Of a stretch of 64,000 bases of DNA, positions 10,691 through 18,314 are shown one piece after another. Under the pieces are notes generated by a model, which had not been told where the DNA came from, made no database searches, and worked only from the letters and a program-made list of their open reading frames with translations. The stretch's first letter is position 1, and the number at the start of each line of letters is the position of its first letter. The position numbers were made by a program, and so were the translations under genes. Source of the DNA: Tepidicaulis sp. (GTDB lineage: Bacteria > Pseudomonadota > Alphaproteobacteria > Parvibaculales > Parvibaculaceae); NCBI RefSeq assembly GCF_965222285.1, contig NZ_OZ244942.1, forward strand, positions 761,664 to 825,663. The letters are read 5' to 3'.

Positions 10691-12429
10691 GTGTTGAAAT
10701 TCCAGCTCAGGCGGATATTGATCCGCCCGTCGCGCGAGCCGGTTTCGATATCGGCATCTCCCAGCGGATAGGCATATTCGATCCCAAGCCGGTAATGCTT
10801 CGTGTCGGATATATCGAAACCGATAACGGCCGATGTCAGATCGTGCTCGATCGAAATGTCGTTGAAGCGGGTATGGGCCGTATCGGCGAGCACATAAGGC
10901 TCGAACGTTTGCAGCCAGGCAATGCCGAGCGGCTGTATATAGCGCAGCTCGACATCGCCGGCATAACCGTAATCCCCTTCCGCCTGACCGTCCGGATAGG
11001 CGCGGCCGAAACGGGCGCCGCCGTAATTGCCCCGTTCCGGGCTCGGCAGCCTGTCATTCGACCAGAAGCCGGCTGCCCGCGCCGTCACGCGCCAGCGCTC
11101 GGCAATTTGCTCGGCCCAGCGGCTGTTCGCGGCAAGGCGCGTGAACTCCGTGTCCTCTGCCTGCTGGCTGGTGACGCCACCCAGGGAGACCGTGTTGCGG
11201 TTTTCGCCGAGATCGACGCCCTGGCGGATTTCCCCGCTAAGCTCCACCAGCCGCTCCCGGCTGATGAGGCGCAGCGCGCTGTTGAGTTCCGCGGCGGTAT
11301 ACCGCAACTCCTGCTGCGCGCGCACCGATGGCTGGCCGGGAAGCGAGAACGTGTAATTCGATTCTTCATCGTAATAGTCGATACCGCCCGCGACATTCCA
11401 CGTCTTTTCCCGCCGGAGGATCAGAGGATAGGCAAGGCCGATATGATATTTGTTGCGAACCTTATCTTCATTGACATTGATCGCTTGTCCCAGCACGAAG
11501 ACCTGATCGTCGTCCTCGCCTTCGAAACGGTTGGCGTTGAGCGTGATGCGCAATCCGTCCGTTCCGATCTCCTGCTGATACTCGGCGGCATAATATTCTT
11601 CATCCTCGATCGGCGCGAGCGCGGCAAGAGAGAGCTGCTCACCGAAAGGCGTGTGCCCTTGCGTGCTGACATTGGCGAGCAGCAGGAAATCGTCTTCATC
11701 CCCGCCATCGAGCGAGCCGCCGAAACCGAAGCGCTTGATCTCTTTTTCCTCCACGCGCAAGGTCGTTGCGCCATTGGCGGTGCGCGGCACCGGCGCGCGC
11801 ATGGTCAGCTTGGCGCCGGGGATACGTTCCATAAGCTGGGTATAGCGCTCGAAGGTCGCGCGGGTGAGCGGCACTTCTCCGATCAGCCGGTCCGCAAGGT
11901 CGGCAACGCGCTCCGCCACCGCTTCGTTCTCGATCTCGATTTCCGTGCGCACGATATGGCCTTCGACAATGACGATCGTGACGACACCGTCCGCAAAATT
12001 ATTTTCAGGCAGATAAGCGTAGGAAAGCGGATAGCCGGCCTCCTGATAGCGCTGCGTGATCTTGCGCGCGGCAAGGGCGAGATCTGCGAGCCGGGCTTCC
12101 TTGCCCACCAGGTGCTTGAGGTCCTGGGCAAGCAATTCGAGGTCGAACACGCTGCCACCCAGAAACTTGATATGAGAAACGGGGATCACCGTCTCCGCAT
12201 CGAGCCCTTCTTGGGCATCCGGCAGATTGACTTCGGCTCCCTCGCGGTCGAGCGGAATGTCAAGTGCATCGCGCAATTGCGGCGATGTTGTCGGCTGTTT
12301 GTCGTCGATGACGGCGGGCAGGTCGTCGGCAAGAACGGGCGTGTTCAACCCACCGAGCAGCAATCCTGCAATGACGGTGCGCGCGCTTGCATTGACTGCG
12401 CTGCGCAGTTTCATGGGCCTATTTGGCAT
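10687..12429 (-). CDS. ShlB/FhaC/HecB-type (TpsB, Omp85 superfamily) outer-membrane transporter
   Basis: Signal peptide (RTVIAGLLLGGLNTPVLADD), and a POTRA-like block ISHIKFLGGSVF...ITQRYQEAGYPLSYAYLPENNFADGVVTIVIVEG. There is an L6-like motif NYGGARFGRAY and an aromatic C-terminal beta-strand INIRLSWNFNT. The start at 12429 has a GGGAGG SD sequence about 10 nt upstream. Confidence 0.8.
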   Translation of the reverse strand: MPNRPMKLRSAVNASARTVIAGLLLGGLNTPVLADDLPAVIDDKQPTTSPQLRDALDIPLDREGAEVNLPDAQEGLDAETVIPVSHIKFLGGSVFDLELLAQDLKHLVGKEARLADLALAARKITQRYQEAGYPLSYAYLPENNFADGVVTIVIVEGHIVRTEIEIENEAVAERVADLADRLIGEVPLTRATFERYTQLMERIPGAKLTMRAPVPRTANGATTLRVEEKEIKRFGFGGSLDGGDEDDFLLLANVSTQGHTPFGEQLSLAALAPIEDEEYYAAEYQQEIGTDGLRITLNANRFEGEDDDQVFVLGQAINVNEDKVRNKYHIGLAYPLILRREKTWNVAGGIDYYDEESNYTFSLPGQPSVRAQQELRYTAAELNSALRLISRERLVELSGEIRQGVDLGENRNTVSLGGVTSQQAEDTEFTRLAANSRWAEQIAERWRVTARAAGFWSNDRLPSPERGNYGGARFGRAYPDGQAEGDYGYAGDVELRYIQPLGIAWLQTFEPYVLADTAHTRFNDISIEHDLTSAVIGFDISDTKHYRLGIEYAYPLGDADIETGSRDGRINIRLSWNFNT

Positions 12430-12514
12430 ACCGGTCCCCCCTCCCAAGGTCGCCGCGTCCAGACCATTGTGCCGGTTATGGCTGGATTTACAACAATACA
12501 GATTTTATGAAAGG

Positions 12515-12544
12515 GGCGCCGGCTCTGCATGCAAAGCCGGCGCC
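12515..12544 (-). terminator. Hairpin between lipoprotein A and the TpsB gene; probable terminator or attenuator
   Basis: Perfect 10-bp stem GGCGCCGGCT / AGCCGGCGCC with a 10-nt loop, 34 nt downstream of the lipoprotein A stop. The U-tract on the minus strand is only partial. Confidence 0.45.
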
Positions 12545-12577
12545 TTCAGGATGTGTCATGTGGAGAGCATCACGCGC

Positions 12578-12958
12578 TTAAAGCCCGCCGGTAAGACCGC
12601 CCAGCAGGCCGCCAAGCAACCCGCCAACGGCGCCGCCGTCTTCACCGTCTCCTGTGCCGGTGTCGCCGCCAAGGCCGCCATCGAGACCGCCGCCCAGCAG
12701 GCCGCCGCTCTCACCGCCGCTGCCGCCGGTCAGTGTGCCGGTGAGCCCGCCGGTAAGACCGCCAAGCAGTTGCGTGCCGCCATCAAGGCCTGTACCGCCG
12801 TCTGAATCGCCGCCGGATAGGCCACCAGTCAGGCCGCTCGTCAGATTGCCGGCCAGATCACCCGAAAGTCCATCGGAGAGCCCGCCGGAGAGTAGGCCGC
12901 CGCCGCTCTCGCCGCTGCTCAGCAAGCCGCCGGTTGCCGAGACGAGCCCGCCGCTGCT
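12578..12958 (-). repeat. Coding low-complexity repeat tract (Gly-Leu-Ser/Thr, glycine-zipper-like) at the 3' end of lipoprotein A
   Basis: The translation reads GGLLSGGLSDGLSGDLAGNLTSGLTGGLSGG...GGLTGGLTGTLTGG...VGGLLGGLLGGLTGGL. The DNA is reiterated gcc/acc/aag triplets. Confidence 0.7.
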
Positions 12959-13858
12959 TTCGAGCGTGGTCCCCAGACCTGAAAGCGCTGCATGTTGATT
13001 GCCGAGTTGGCCGCTCAATTCACCGCCAAGGGCAACCACCGCGCCGCCGCTTTTGTCGAGAAGGCCGCCAAGCGCGGGGCCGATGACCAAAGCGGCGCCG
13101 ACCGACTGCGTGGTATCTTCTGTTTTGATGACAAGCGGGCGAACGACGCCGGTCAGCTCGGTTGTCAGGCCGGTAAGCTGTGCATCTTCGGCGGTGAACT
13201 CAAGCGCGAGACCATTGCTGGTTTGCGTAATTTTCCCGCCAAGATCGCCGACCGTGCCGCCGAGTTTGGTAAGCGCGCCGGTTGTCTCATCGACCTGCAT
13301 GAAGACGGGCAGAGTGTTGAGCGCGGTAACCGTGTTGCCTGCCTCCGTGACCGCTTCACCGGTTTCAGCGGCGGTACCCGCCGCGCCGGCAAGCGTGGTG
13401 CCGAGCGCATTGTCGTTTTCGCTCAGATTTCCAAGGCCGTCATTGAGGCCCGTGCTCAGTGCATTGATGCCTTCGCCAAGCTCGATAATGATACCGCCTG
13501 TACCGCTCGTCACTGCACCGATAAGCGGCACTTCCTGCTGGCTGATGCCTTCGCCGATCACTGTGACCGTATCGCCGATGCTGCCCGTCGTGTCGCCTGC
13601 GGACTGGATAAGGTTTTCGGTGGCAAGCGTCGCCGCTTCGCCGCCGCCGGATCCGCCGCCTGAGCCGCTTCCTGGCAGCCCGCCGGACCCGCCATCGCCG
13701 GAACCATTATTATTGTTGGAGCTGCTGCTATCCGTGCCCGATCCGCCAAGGGCATGGGTCGAATCGGTGCTGCCCGCGCAGCCTGCAAGAAGAAGAGGCA
13801 GGCCGCATAAAGCGGCAAGAAAGGGGGAAGATCGGAAAACTTGCTTTCGTTCAATCAT
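12578..13858 (-). CDS. Glycine/serine/leucine-rich lipoprotein A (unknown family), paralog of 14162-15382
   Basis: Lipobox LLLAGC after a hydrophobic signal, then a G/S/N-rich linker. A central block of about 230 aa is shared with the neighbour, and the C-terminal 126 aa are GGL(T/S)GGL-type repeats. An AGGAG SD sequence lies 6 nt before the ATG at 13858. Confidence 0.7.
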   Translation of the reverse strand: MIERKQVFRSSPFLAALCGLPLLLAGCAGSTDSTHALGGSGTDSSSSNNNNGSGDGGSGGLPGSGSGGGSGGGEAATLATENLIQSAGDTTGSIGDTVTVIGEGISQQEVPLIGAVTSGTGGIIIELGEGINALSTGLNDGLGNLSENDNALGTTLAGAAGTAAETGEAVTEAGNTVTALNTLPVFMQVDETTGALTKLGGTVGDLGGKITQTSNGLALEFTAEDAQLTGLTTELTGVVRPLVIKTEDTTQSVGAALVIGPALGGLLDKSGGAVVALGGELSGQLGNQHAALSGLGTTLESSGGLVSATGGLLSSGESGGGLLSGGLSDGLSGDLAGNLTSGLTGGLSGGDSDGGTGLDGGTQLLGGLTGGLTGTLTGGSGGESGGLLGGGLDGGLGGDTGTGDGEDGGAVGGLLGGLLGGLTGGL

Positions 13859-14012
13859 GGCCGACTCCTGCATCACTAATGATCAGAACAATCAGCATCC
13901 GGAGCAGAACGCCCGCTTTCCGGTGCTGACCCCTAACCGCCTCTACAGAAGCAGCCGAACCCGGAAAAATGGTGCCGTGATAAATCGCGAAGATCAATCT
14001 CTTTAATAAATC

Positions 14013-14046
14013 ACCGGTTTCATTTTTTGCAATTGGCAAAACCGGT
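14013..14046. promoter_or_regulatory. Inverted repeat in the AT-rich spacer upstream of lipoprotein A
   Basis: ACCGGTTT ... AAACCGGT arms (8 bp) enclose TTGC-AATTG-GCAA. It lies about 155-190 bp upstream of the ATG at 13858. Confidence 0.3.
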
Positions 14047-14124
14047 ATGTTTAACGCGCGGTTTTGGAATAACGCTTTTCACTGATTTACAATCGGGCAC
14101 AACGAATAGGGGCCGGCAGGCGGT

Positions 14125-14150
14125 GCGGGCGGCGTATCGTTGCCGCCCGC
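14125..14150 (-). terminator. Hairpin just downstream of the lipoprotein B stop
   Basis: Perfect 9-bp stem GCGGGCGGC / GCCGCCCGC with an 8-nt loop, 12 nt after the stop at 14162. The U-tract is weak. Confidence 0.4.
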
Positions 14151-14161
14151 GCTATTTCTTA

Positions 14162-14476
14162 CTATTGATCGCTGCCGCTAAGGCCGCCGGTCAGCCCGCT
14201 GATGAGGCGGGTCACTGGATCGGCTTCTTCGCCGTCTTCGCTGCCGCCGCTGAGGCCGCCCGTCAGTCCGCCGACAAGGCCGGTAACGGGATCGGCGCCT
14301 TCACCGCCGACAAGGCCGGTAAGCTGATCGGTGGGAAGACCGCCTTCCGTCAAACCGCCCAAGAGATCGTCCGTCGGCAAACCGCTATCCGTGAGCTGAC
14401 CGAGCACGGCATCCGTTGGAAGGCCCGCGCCTTCCCCGCCGCTCAGCGCGGCCAGCAGCGTGTCGGTCGGCAAACC
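14162..14476 (-). repeat. Coding tandem repeats (GLPTD-x-LL units of 14-17 aa, then two DPVT...GLTGGLSG units) at the 3' end of lipoprotein B
   Basis: Read directly from the translation: GLPTDTLLAALSGGEGA / GLPTDAVLGQLTDS / GLPTDDLLGGLTEG / GLPTDQLTGLVGGEGA / DPVTGLVGGLTGGLSGG... / DPVTRLISGLTGGLSG. Confidence 0.7.
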
Positions 14477-15382
14477 GCCGCCCGCCAGGCCGCCGCCTGA
14501 CCCTTCGCCGGAGGAGATGAAGCCGCCTGTGTCACGGACCAGCGCGCCGACACCTCCGACGGACTTACCAACGCCCGCGAATGCGATGTTCTGAGCGGTG
14601 AGTTCATCGCCAGCCATGATGATGGCACCGCCGGCCTCGCCCAATGCTTCGCTTCCCATGGGGCCGATGACAAGTGCATCACCGACCTTCCTTGTGGTGC
14701 CCTCCACGTTAGCCACAACGGGCCGGATCGCTGCGGTCAGCTGAACGCCTGCGCTGCCGAGGGGGCTGTTCGGATCTTCGAACTGAAGGGCCAATCCTTC
14801 CGCTTCTTCGGAAAACGTGAGGCCAACAGCGCTCACGTTCTCGCCGATCATGGTGAGGGCGCCGGAATTTTCTTCAACTTGCATAAAGACCGGCAAGGTA
14901 TCGAGTGCACTAATCAACTCACCGGTTGCCGTAACGGCGCCTCCGGTTTCCGCAACCGCGCGGGTTCCGCGATAGGCGGTAGTCCCAACCGCGTTGTCAT
15001 TGGTGCCGAGTTCTCCAAGCCCCTGGTCAAGCGCGAAGGTAGCCTGATAAAGGCTCGTCCCGCCGGACCTCGCTACATCCAACACAGGGTCTCTCAACTC
15101 ATCTTCGATGGGCAAGTCTTCCTGGCTGACGGCGAAGCTAGCCAACAAAAGGGTCTGACCAACACCTTCAGTAACAGTAGCTGCATCTTGGAAGATATTT
15201 TCCGTCGCTTGCGTTTCGGCCGCAGGCGATGCACCGCCGCCGCCGCTACCACCGCTATCTCCGACGCTGGCGCCAGGGCCGTCGGAGCTGCTGCCGCAAG
15301 CGGCAAGCGTAAATGAAATTGCAAGGGCCAATGGCGCTGCGCGCCACAAAGAATGCCCAAAGAGGGTAAAGGTCGTGCGCAT
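14162..15382 (-). CDS. Glycine-rich lipoprotein B (unknown family), paralog of 12578-13858
   Basis: Lipobox FTLAAC and a G/S linker. The shared central block includes NDNA(L/V)GTT, LPVFMQV(D/E)E, GLAL(E/Q)F, (V/I)RP(L/V)V and GDALVIGP / GAALVIGP. The C-terminus has tandem GLPTDxLL x4 and DPVTxLxxGLTGGLSG x2. A GGAGGA SD sequence lies 7 nt before the ATG. Confidence 0.7.
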   Translation of the reverse strand: MRTTFTLFGHSLWRAAPLALAISFTLAACGSSSDGPGASVGDSGGSGGGGASPAAETQATENIFQDAATVTEGVGQTLLLASFAVSQEDLPIEDELRDPVLDVARSGGTSLYQATFALDQGLGELGTNDNAVGTTAYRGTRAVAETGGAVTATGELISALDTLPVFMQVEENSGALTMIGENVSAVGLTFSEEAEGLALQFEDPNSPLGSAGVQLTAAIRPVVANVEGTTRKVGDALVIGPMGSEALGEAGGAIIMAGDELTAQNIAFAGVGKSVGGVGALVRDTGGFISSGEGSGGGLAGGGLPTDTLLAALSGGEGAGLPTDAVLGQLTDSGLPTDDLLGGLTEGGLPTDQLTGLVGGEGADPVTGLVGGLTGGLSGGSEDGEEADPVTRLISGLTGGLSGSDQ

Positions 15383-15476
15383 GGTAATCTCCTCCGCTTC
15401 GTACCGTGAGTGTTGCCGCGCCTAATGGCACGGCGGTCCCGTACGCCTCACGTTCGGCTTCCATCTCTGGAAGCTT

Positions 15477-15516
15477 TTCCATGCCCCAGCTGCACCATGC
15501 AGCTCCCCTCATGGAA
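15477..15516. promoter_or_regulatory. Nested inverted repeats upstream of lipoprotein B
   Basis: TTCCATG-cccc-AGCTGCA-cca-TGCAGCT-cccct-CATGGAA. The inner 7-3-7 palindrome spans 15488-15504. The element lies 95-135 bp upstream of the ATG at 15382. Confidence 0.3.
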
Positions 15517-15664
15517 GATTCTTTAGCAGGAAAAATTTGTTGGCTACAAGATTGTAGGCGGCGAAAAAATTCCCTGTGCGGAAGGTCTGGAACTTTCGCG
15601 GATTTGCGGCGTTTGTTGCGTCTTGCGAATTTTCAGATCGCAAACTAAATGTCTGATTTTTATT

Positions 15665-15681
15665 ACAGATTCAGAATCTGT
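15665..15681. promoter_or_regulatory. Perfect 8-1-8 palindrome ACAGATTC-A-GAATCTGT in an AT-rich spacer
   Basis: Verified by reverse-complementing. It sits in the most AT-rich part of the 15383-15760 intergenic region. Confidence 0.35.
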
Positions 15682-15696
15682 TAATCTTTATAAAGA

Positions 15697-15740
15697 CAAA
15701 AAATTGCCCCCGAAACAGACGCTCCGGGGGCAAATTTTTT
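15697..15740. terminator. Bidirectional rho-independent terminator; ends the kinase paralog 2 transcript on the minus strand
   Basis: 9-bp stem TTGCCCCCG / CGGGGGCAA with a 12-nt loop, an A-run upstream and TTTTTT downstream. It lies 21 nt beyond the stop of the 15761-16855 gene. Confidence 0.6.
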
Positions 15741-15760
15741 GCGATCTGCGATTTTCAATT

Positions 15761-16855
15761 CTACTTTGCGCCGGCCCGCTGTGCGTAATGCCAGCCGAGT
15801 TCGGCAAGCGGGCGCACCTGCGCCGCATTCTGCGCAGCGTTTTCATTCGAGGCCGTGCCGTCGCGCACGCGCCCGACAATGCCCTGTAGGATGCCGGCAA
15901 GGCGGAAGAAGTTATACGCGAAGTAATAATCGATATTCTCGATGCTCTTACGGCCTGTGCGTTCGCAATACATCTGCGTATATTCCTCGCGCGTCGGAAT
16001 GCCGAGCGCGGGCAAGTCGGCATTGGAAAGGCTCTGTGTGCCGGGGCTATTACCGCCGCCCGGCATTACCCATTGCATCAGGTGGTAGGTGAAGTCACCC
16101 AGTGGATGGCCGAGCGTCGAAAGCTCCCAGTCCAGAACGGCGATCACTTTCGGCTCGGTCGGATGCAGGATCATGTTGTCGAGCCGGTAATCGCCATGGA
16201 CGATACTTGTCGCATCGTCATTGGGGATGTTCTCCGGCAGCCATTCCATCAGCTTGTTCATCTCCGTCACCGTTTCGGTTTCCGAGGCAACATACTGTTT
16301 GGACCAGCGGGAAATCTGCCGGGCGAAATAATTGCCGGGCTTGCCGAAATCGCCAAGGCCGATCGCTTCGTAGTCGATCATGTGCAGCTTGGCGAGTGTG
16401 TCGATCTTGGCTTCGTAAATGGCGCGGCGTTCGGCAGGCTCATAGCCCGGCAGGAGCGGTTCCCATAGGATGCGCCCTTCCACCATGTCCATAATATAGA
16501 ACATCGTGCCGATGACGCTTTCATCTTCACAAAGGCAATAGGTGCGCGCGACGGGAAAGCCTGCGCCGTAAAGCGCGCTGATAACTTTGTATTCCCGGTC
16601 CACGGCATGGGCGGAGGGGAGCAGTTTGCCCGGCGGCTTGCGGCGCAGCACATATTTCTTTTTCGGTGTGACGAGCTGATAGGTCGGGTTTGATTGCCCG
16701 CCCTTGAATTGGCGCACCTCGAGCGGTCCTTCATAGCCCTCCACATGGGCTTCCATGTAATCGGCCAGGCGCTTTTCGTCGAACTTGTGTTTATCCAGCA
16801 CTTCCTTCGTGCCGGAAAACATTTCCTGGCGGCTTGCTTCCCCTTGCTCGCTCAT
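15761..16855 (-). CDS. Phosphotransferase (APH-fold kinase), ACAD10/11 N-terminal-like, paralog 2
   Basis: Motifs VRQFKGGQSNPTYQL, YVLRRKPPGKLL, REYKVI, HGDYRLDNMIL and LDWELSTLGHPLGDF. Confidence 0.8.
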   Translation of the reverse strand: MSEQGEASRQEMFSGTKEVLDKHKFDEKRLADYMEAHVEGYEGPLEVRQFKGGQSNPTYQLVTPKKKYVLRRKPPGKLLPSAHAVDREYKVISALYGAGFPVARTYCLCEDESVIGTMFYIMDMVEGRILWEPLLPGYEPAERRAIYEAKIDTLAKLHMIDYEAIGLGDFGKPGNYFARQISRWSKQYVASETETVTEMNKLMEWLPENIPNDDATSIVHGDYRLDNMILHPTEPKVIAVLDWELSTLGHPLGDFTYHLMQWVMPGGGNSPGTQSLSNADLPALGIPTREEYTQMYCERTGRKSIENIDYYFAYNFFRLAGILQGIVGRVRDGTASNENAAQNAAQVRPLAELGWHYAQRAGAK

Positions 16856-16887
16856 GTCTCTCTCCCTGATGTAAGCGTTGCGTATTC

Positions 16888-18174
16888 TTATTTATTGGAT
16901 GCTTTTTCCCGTTCGACGGCGCGCCAGCCGATGTCGCGCCGGCAAAAACCGCCCGGCCAATCGATCTTGCGGGTGGCTTCATACGCCTTGTCCCGCGCCT
17001 GCAAGACGCTTTGCCCGCGCGCGGTGACATTAAGCACGCGCCCGCCGCTCGCCAGGATCGTTCCGTCCTTCAGCTGCGTCCCCGCATGGAAAATCTCGAC
17101 ATCGCCGTCGCTGCCCGCCTCGCTGAGCCCGCGTATTTCCGTCCCTTTGGCATAATCGCCCGGATAGCCCTTAGCCGCCATCACCACGGTTAGCGCCGCC
17201 TCATCATGCCAGTCGAGCGAAACGCCGCCGAGCGTGCCATCATGCGTGGCGATAAGTGCGGGTAGAATGTCGGATTTGAGACGCAGCATCAGCACTTGGC
17301 ATTCCGGGTCGCCGAAGCGGGTATTATATTCCACAAGCTTCGGCCCCTGATCGGTCAGCATCAGGCCGGCGAAAAGAACGCCTTTGAAGGGGGTGCCGCG
17401 CTTTGCCATCGCATCGAGGGTCGGCTGCACGATCTCGCGCATTACCCGCTCGCACATCTCAGGCGTCATGATGGCGGCAGGCGAATAAGCGCCCATGCCG
17501 CCCGTATTGGGGCCGGTGTCGCCATCGCCGACGCGCTTGTGGTCCTGAGCGGTGGCCAGCGGTAGCGCCACGGTCCCGTCCGCGAGGACAAAAAAGCTCG
17601 CCTCCTCGCCGGTCATGAATTCCTCGATCACGACCTGCGCGCCCGCGTCGCCGAACTTGCCGCCGAAAATTTCTTCCAGCGCCTGTTCCGCCTCTTCCAT
17701 GGTCTCGGGAATGATGACGCCTTTGCCCGCGGCCAGGCCGTCCGCCTTAATGACGATGGGAAGGCCTTGGTCTTTAAGATAAGCACGCGCCGGTTCCAGC
17801 GCCTCGAAGCGCGCATAGGCGGCGGTGGGAATGCCGAATTCCGCGCAAAGATCCTTCGTATAGCCTTTCGAGGCTTCAAGCTGGGCTGCCGCCTTGCTGG
17901 GGCCGAAGCTCTTGATCCCGGCCTCGTTCAGAACATCCACCAGCCCGCCGGCAAGCGGATCTTCCGGGCCCACCACCACGAAGTCGATCGCCTCTGCCCG
18001 GCAGAAATCCACGATGGCGGTAAAATCCATCGGCTTGAGGTCCACGCATTCGCCGACCCCGGCCATGCCGCCATTGCCCGGCGCGCAATAAAGTTTGGTC
18101 AGGAGGGGGCTTTTGGCAATCGCCCAGCTAAGCGCGTGCTCCCGCCCGCCGGAACCGATAACGAGGACCTTCAT
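16888..18174 (-). CDS. purD: Phosphoribosylamine--glycine ligase
   Basis: [19 protein letters not shown]..., an ATP-grasp core, and RFGDPECQ. Confidence 0.95.
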   Translation of the reverse strand: MKVLVIGSGGREHALSWAIAKSPLLTKLYCAPGNGGMAGVGECVDLKPMDFTAIVDFCRAEAIDFVVVGPEDPLAGGLVDVLNEAGIKSFGPSKAAAQLEASKGYTKDLCAEFGIPTAAYARFEALEPARAYLKDQGLPIVIKADGLAAGKGVIIPETMEEAEQALEEIFGGKFGDAGAQVVIEEFMTGEEASFFVLADGTVALPLATAQDHKRVGDGDTGPNTGGMGAYSPAAIMTPEMCERVMREIVQPTLDAMAKRGTPFKGVLFAGLMLTDQGPKLVEYNTRFGDPECQVLMLRLKSDILPALIATHDGTLGGVSLDWHDEAALTVVMAAKGYPGDYAKGTEIRGLSEAGSDGDVEIFHAGTQLKDGTILASGGRVLNVTARGQSVLQARDKAYEATRKIDWPGGFCRRDIGWRAVEREKASNK

Positions 18175-18314
18175 CTAAGGGACCTTTTCTTCTTGAAAGA
18201 AGGCGCGGAGCCTCTTCTTTTTGGCTTCTGTGGGCTTCCTTGTAACATGGGGTGCGATTCCGGCAAACAAACCTGCCTGGATCATGTAAGTATCTGACAA
18301 TATTAGGATTTTCC

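Noticed and set aside
10795-14006. Long plus-strand ORFs (10795-12510, 12999-14006, 12992-13663) opposite the TpsB and lipoprotein genes.
   Set aside because: The minus-strand products have signal peptides, lipoboxes, SD sequences and Omp85 motifs. The plus-strand translations are Pro/Ser/Arg-rich mirror artefacts of Gly-rich coding DNA.
12578-14476. Periodic repeats that might suggest a CRISPR array or non-coding satellite.
   Set aside because: The repeats are in frame within two ORFs that have lipoprotein signals and SD sequences. The period is codon-based, and there is no repeat-spacer architecture.
12578-15382. The lipoproteins as canonical TpsA / filamentous haemagglutinin-like cargo.
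   Set aside because: They are far too short, start with lipoboxes, and lack the NPNL / NPNGI TPS-domain motifs. The locus is therefore described as non-canonical rather than as a standard two-partner secretion system.
9335-15760. A classical genomic island or mobile element carrying the envelope cassette.
   Set aside because: I found no integrase, transposase, tRNA attachment site or flanking direct repeats. Only the weaker insertion-between-paralogs idea is kept as a finding.
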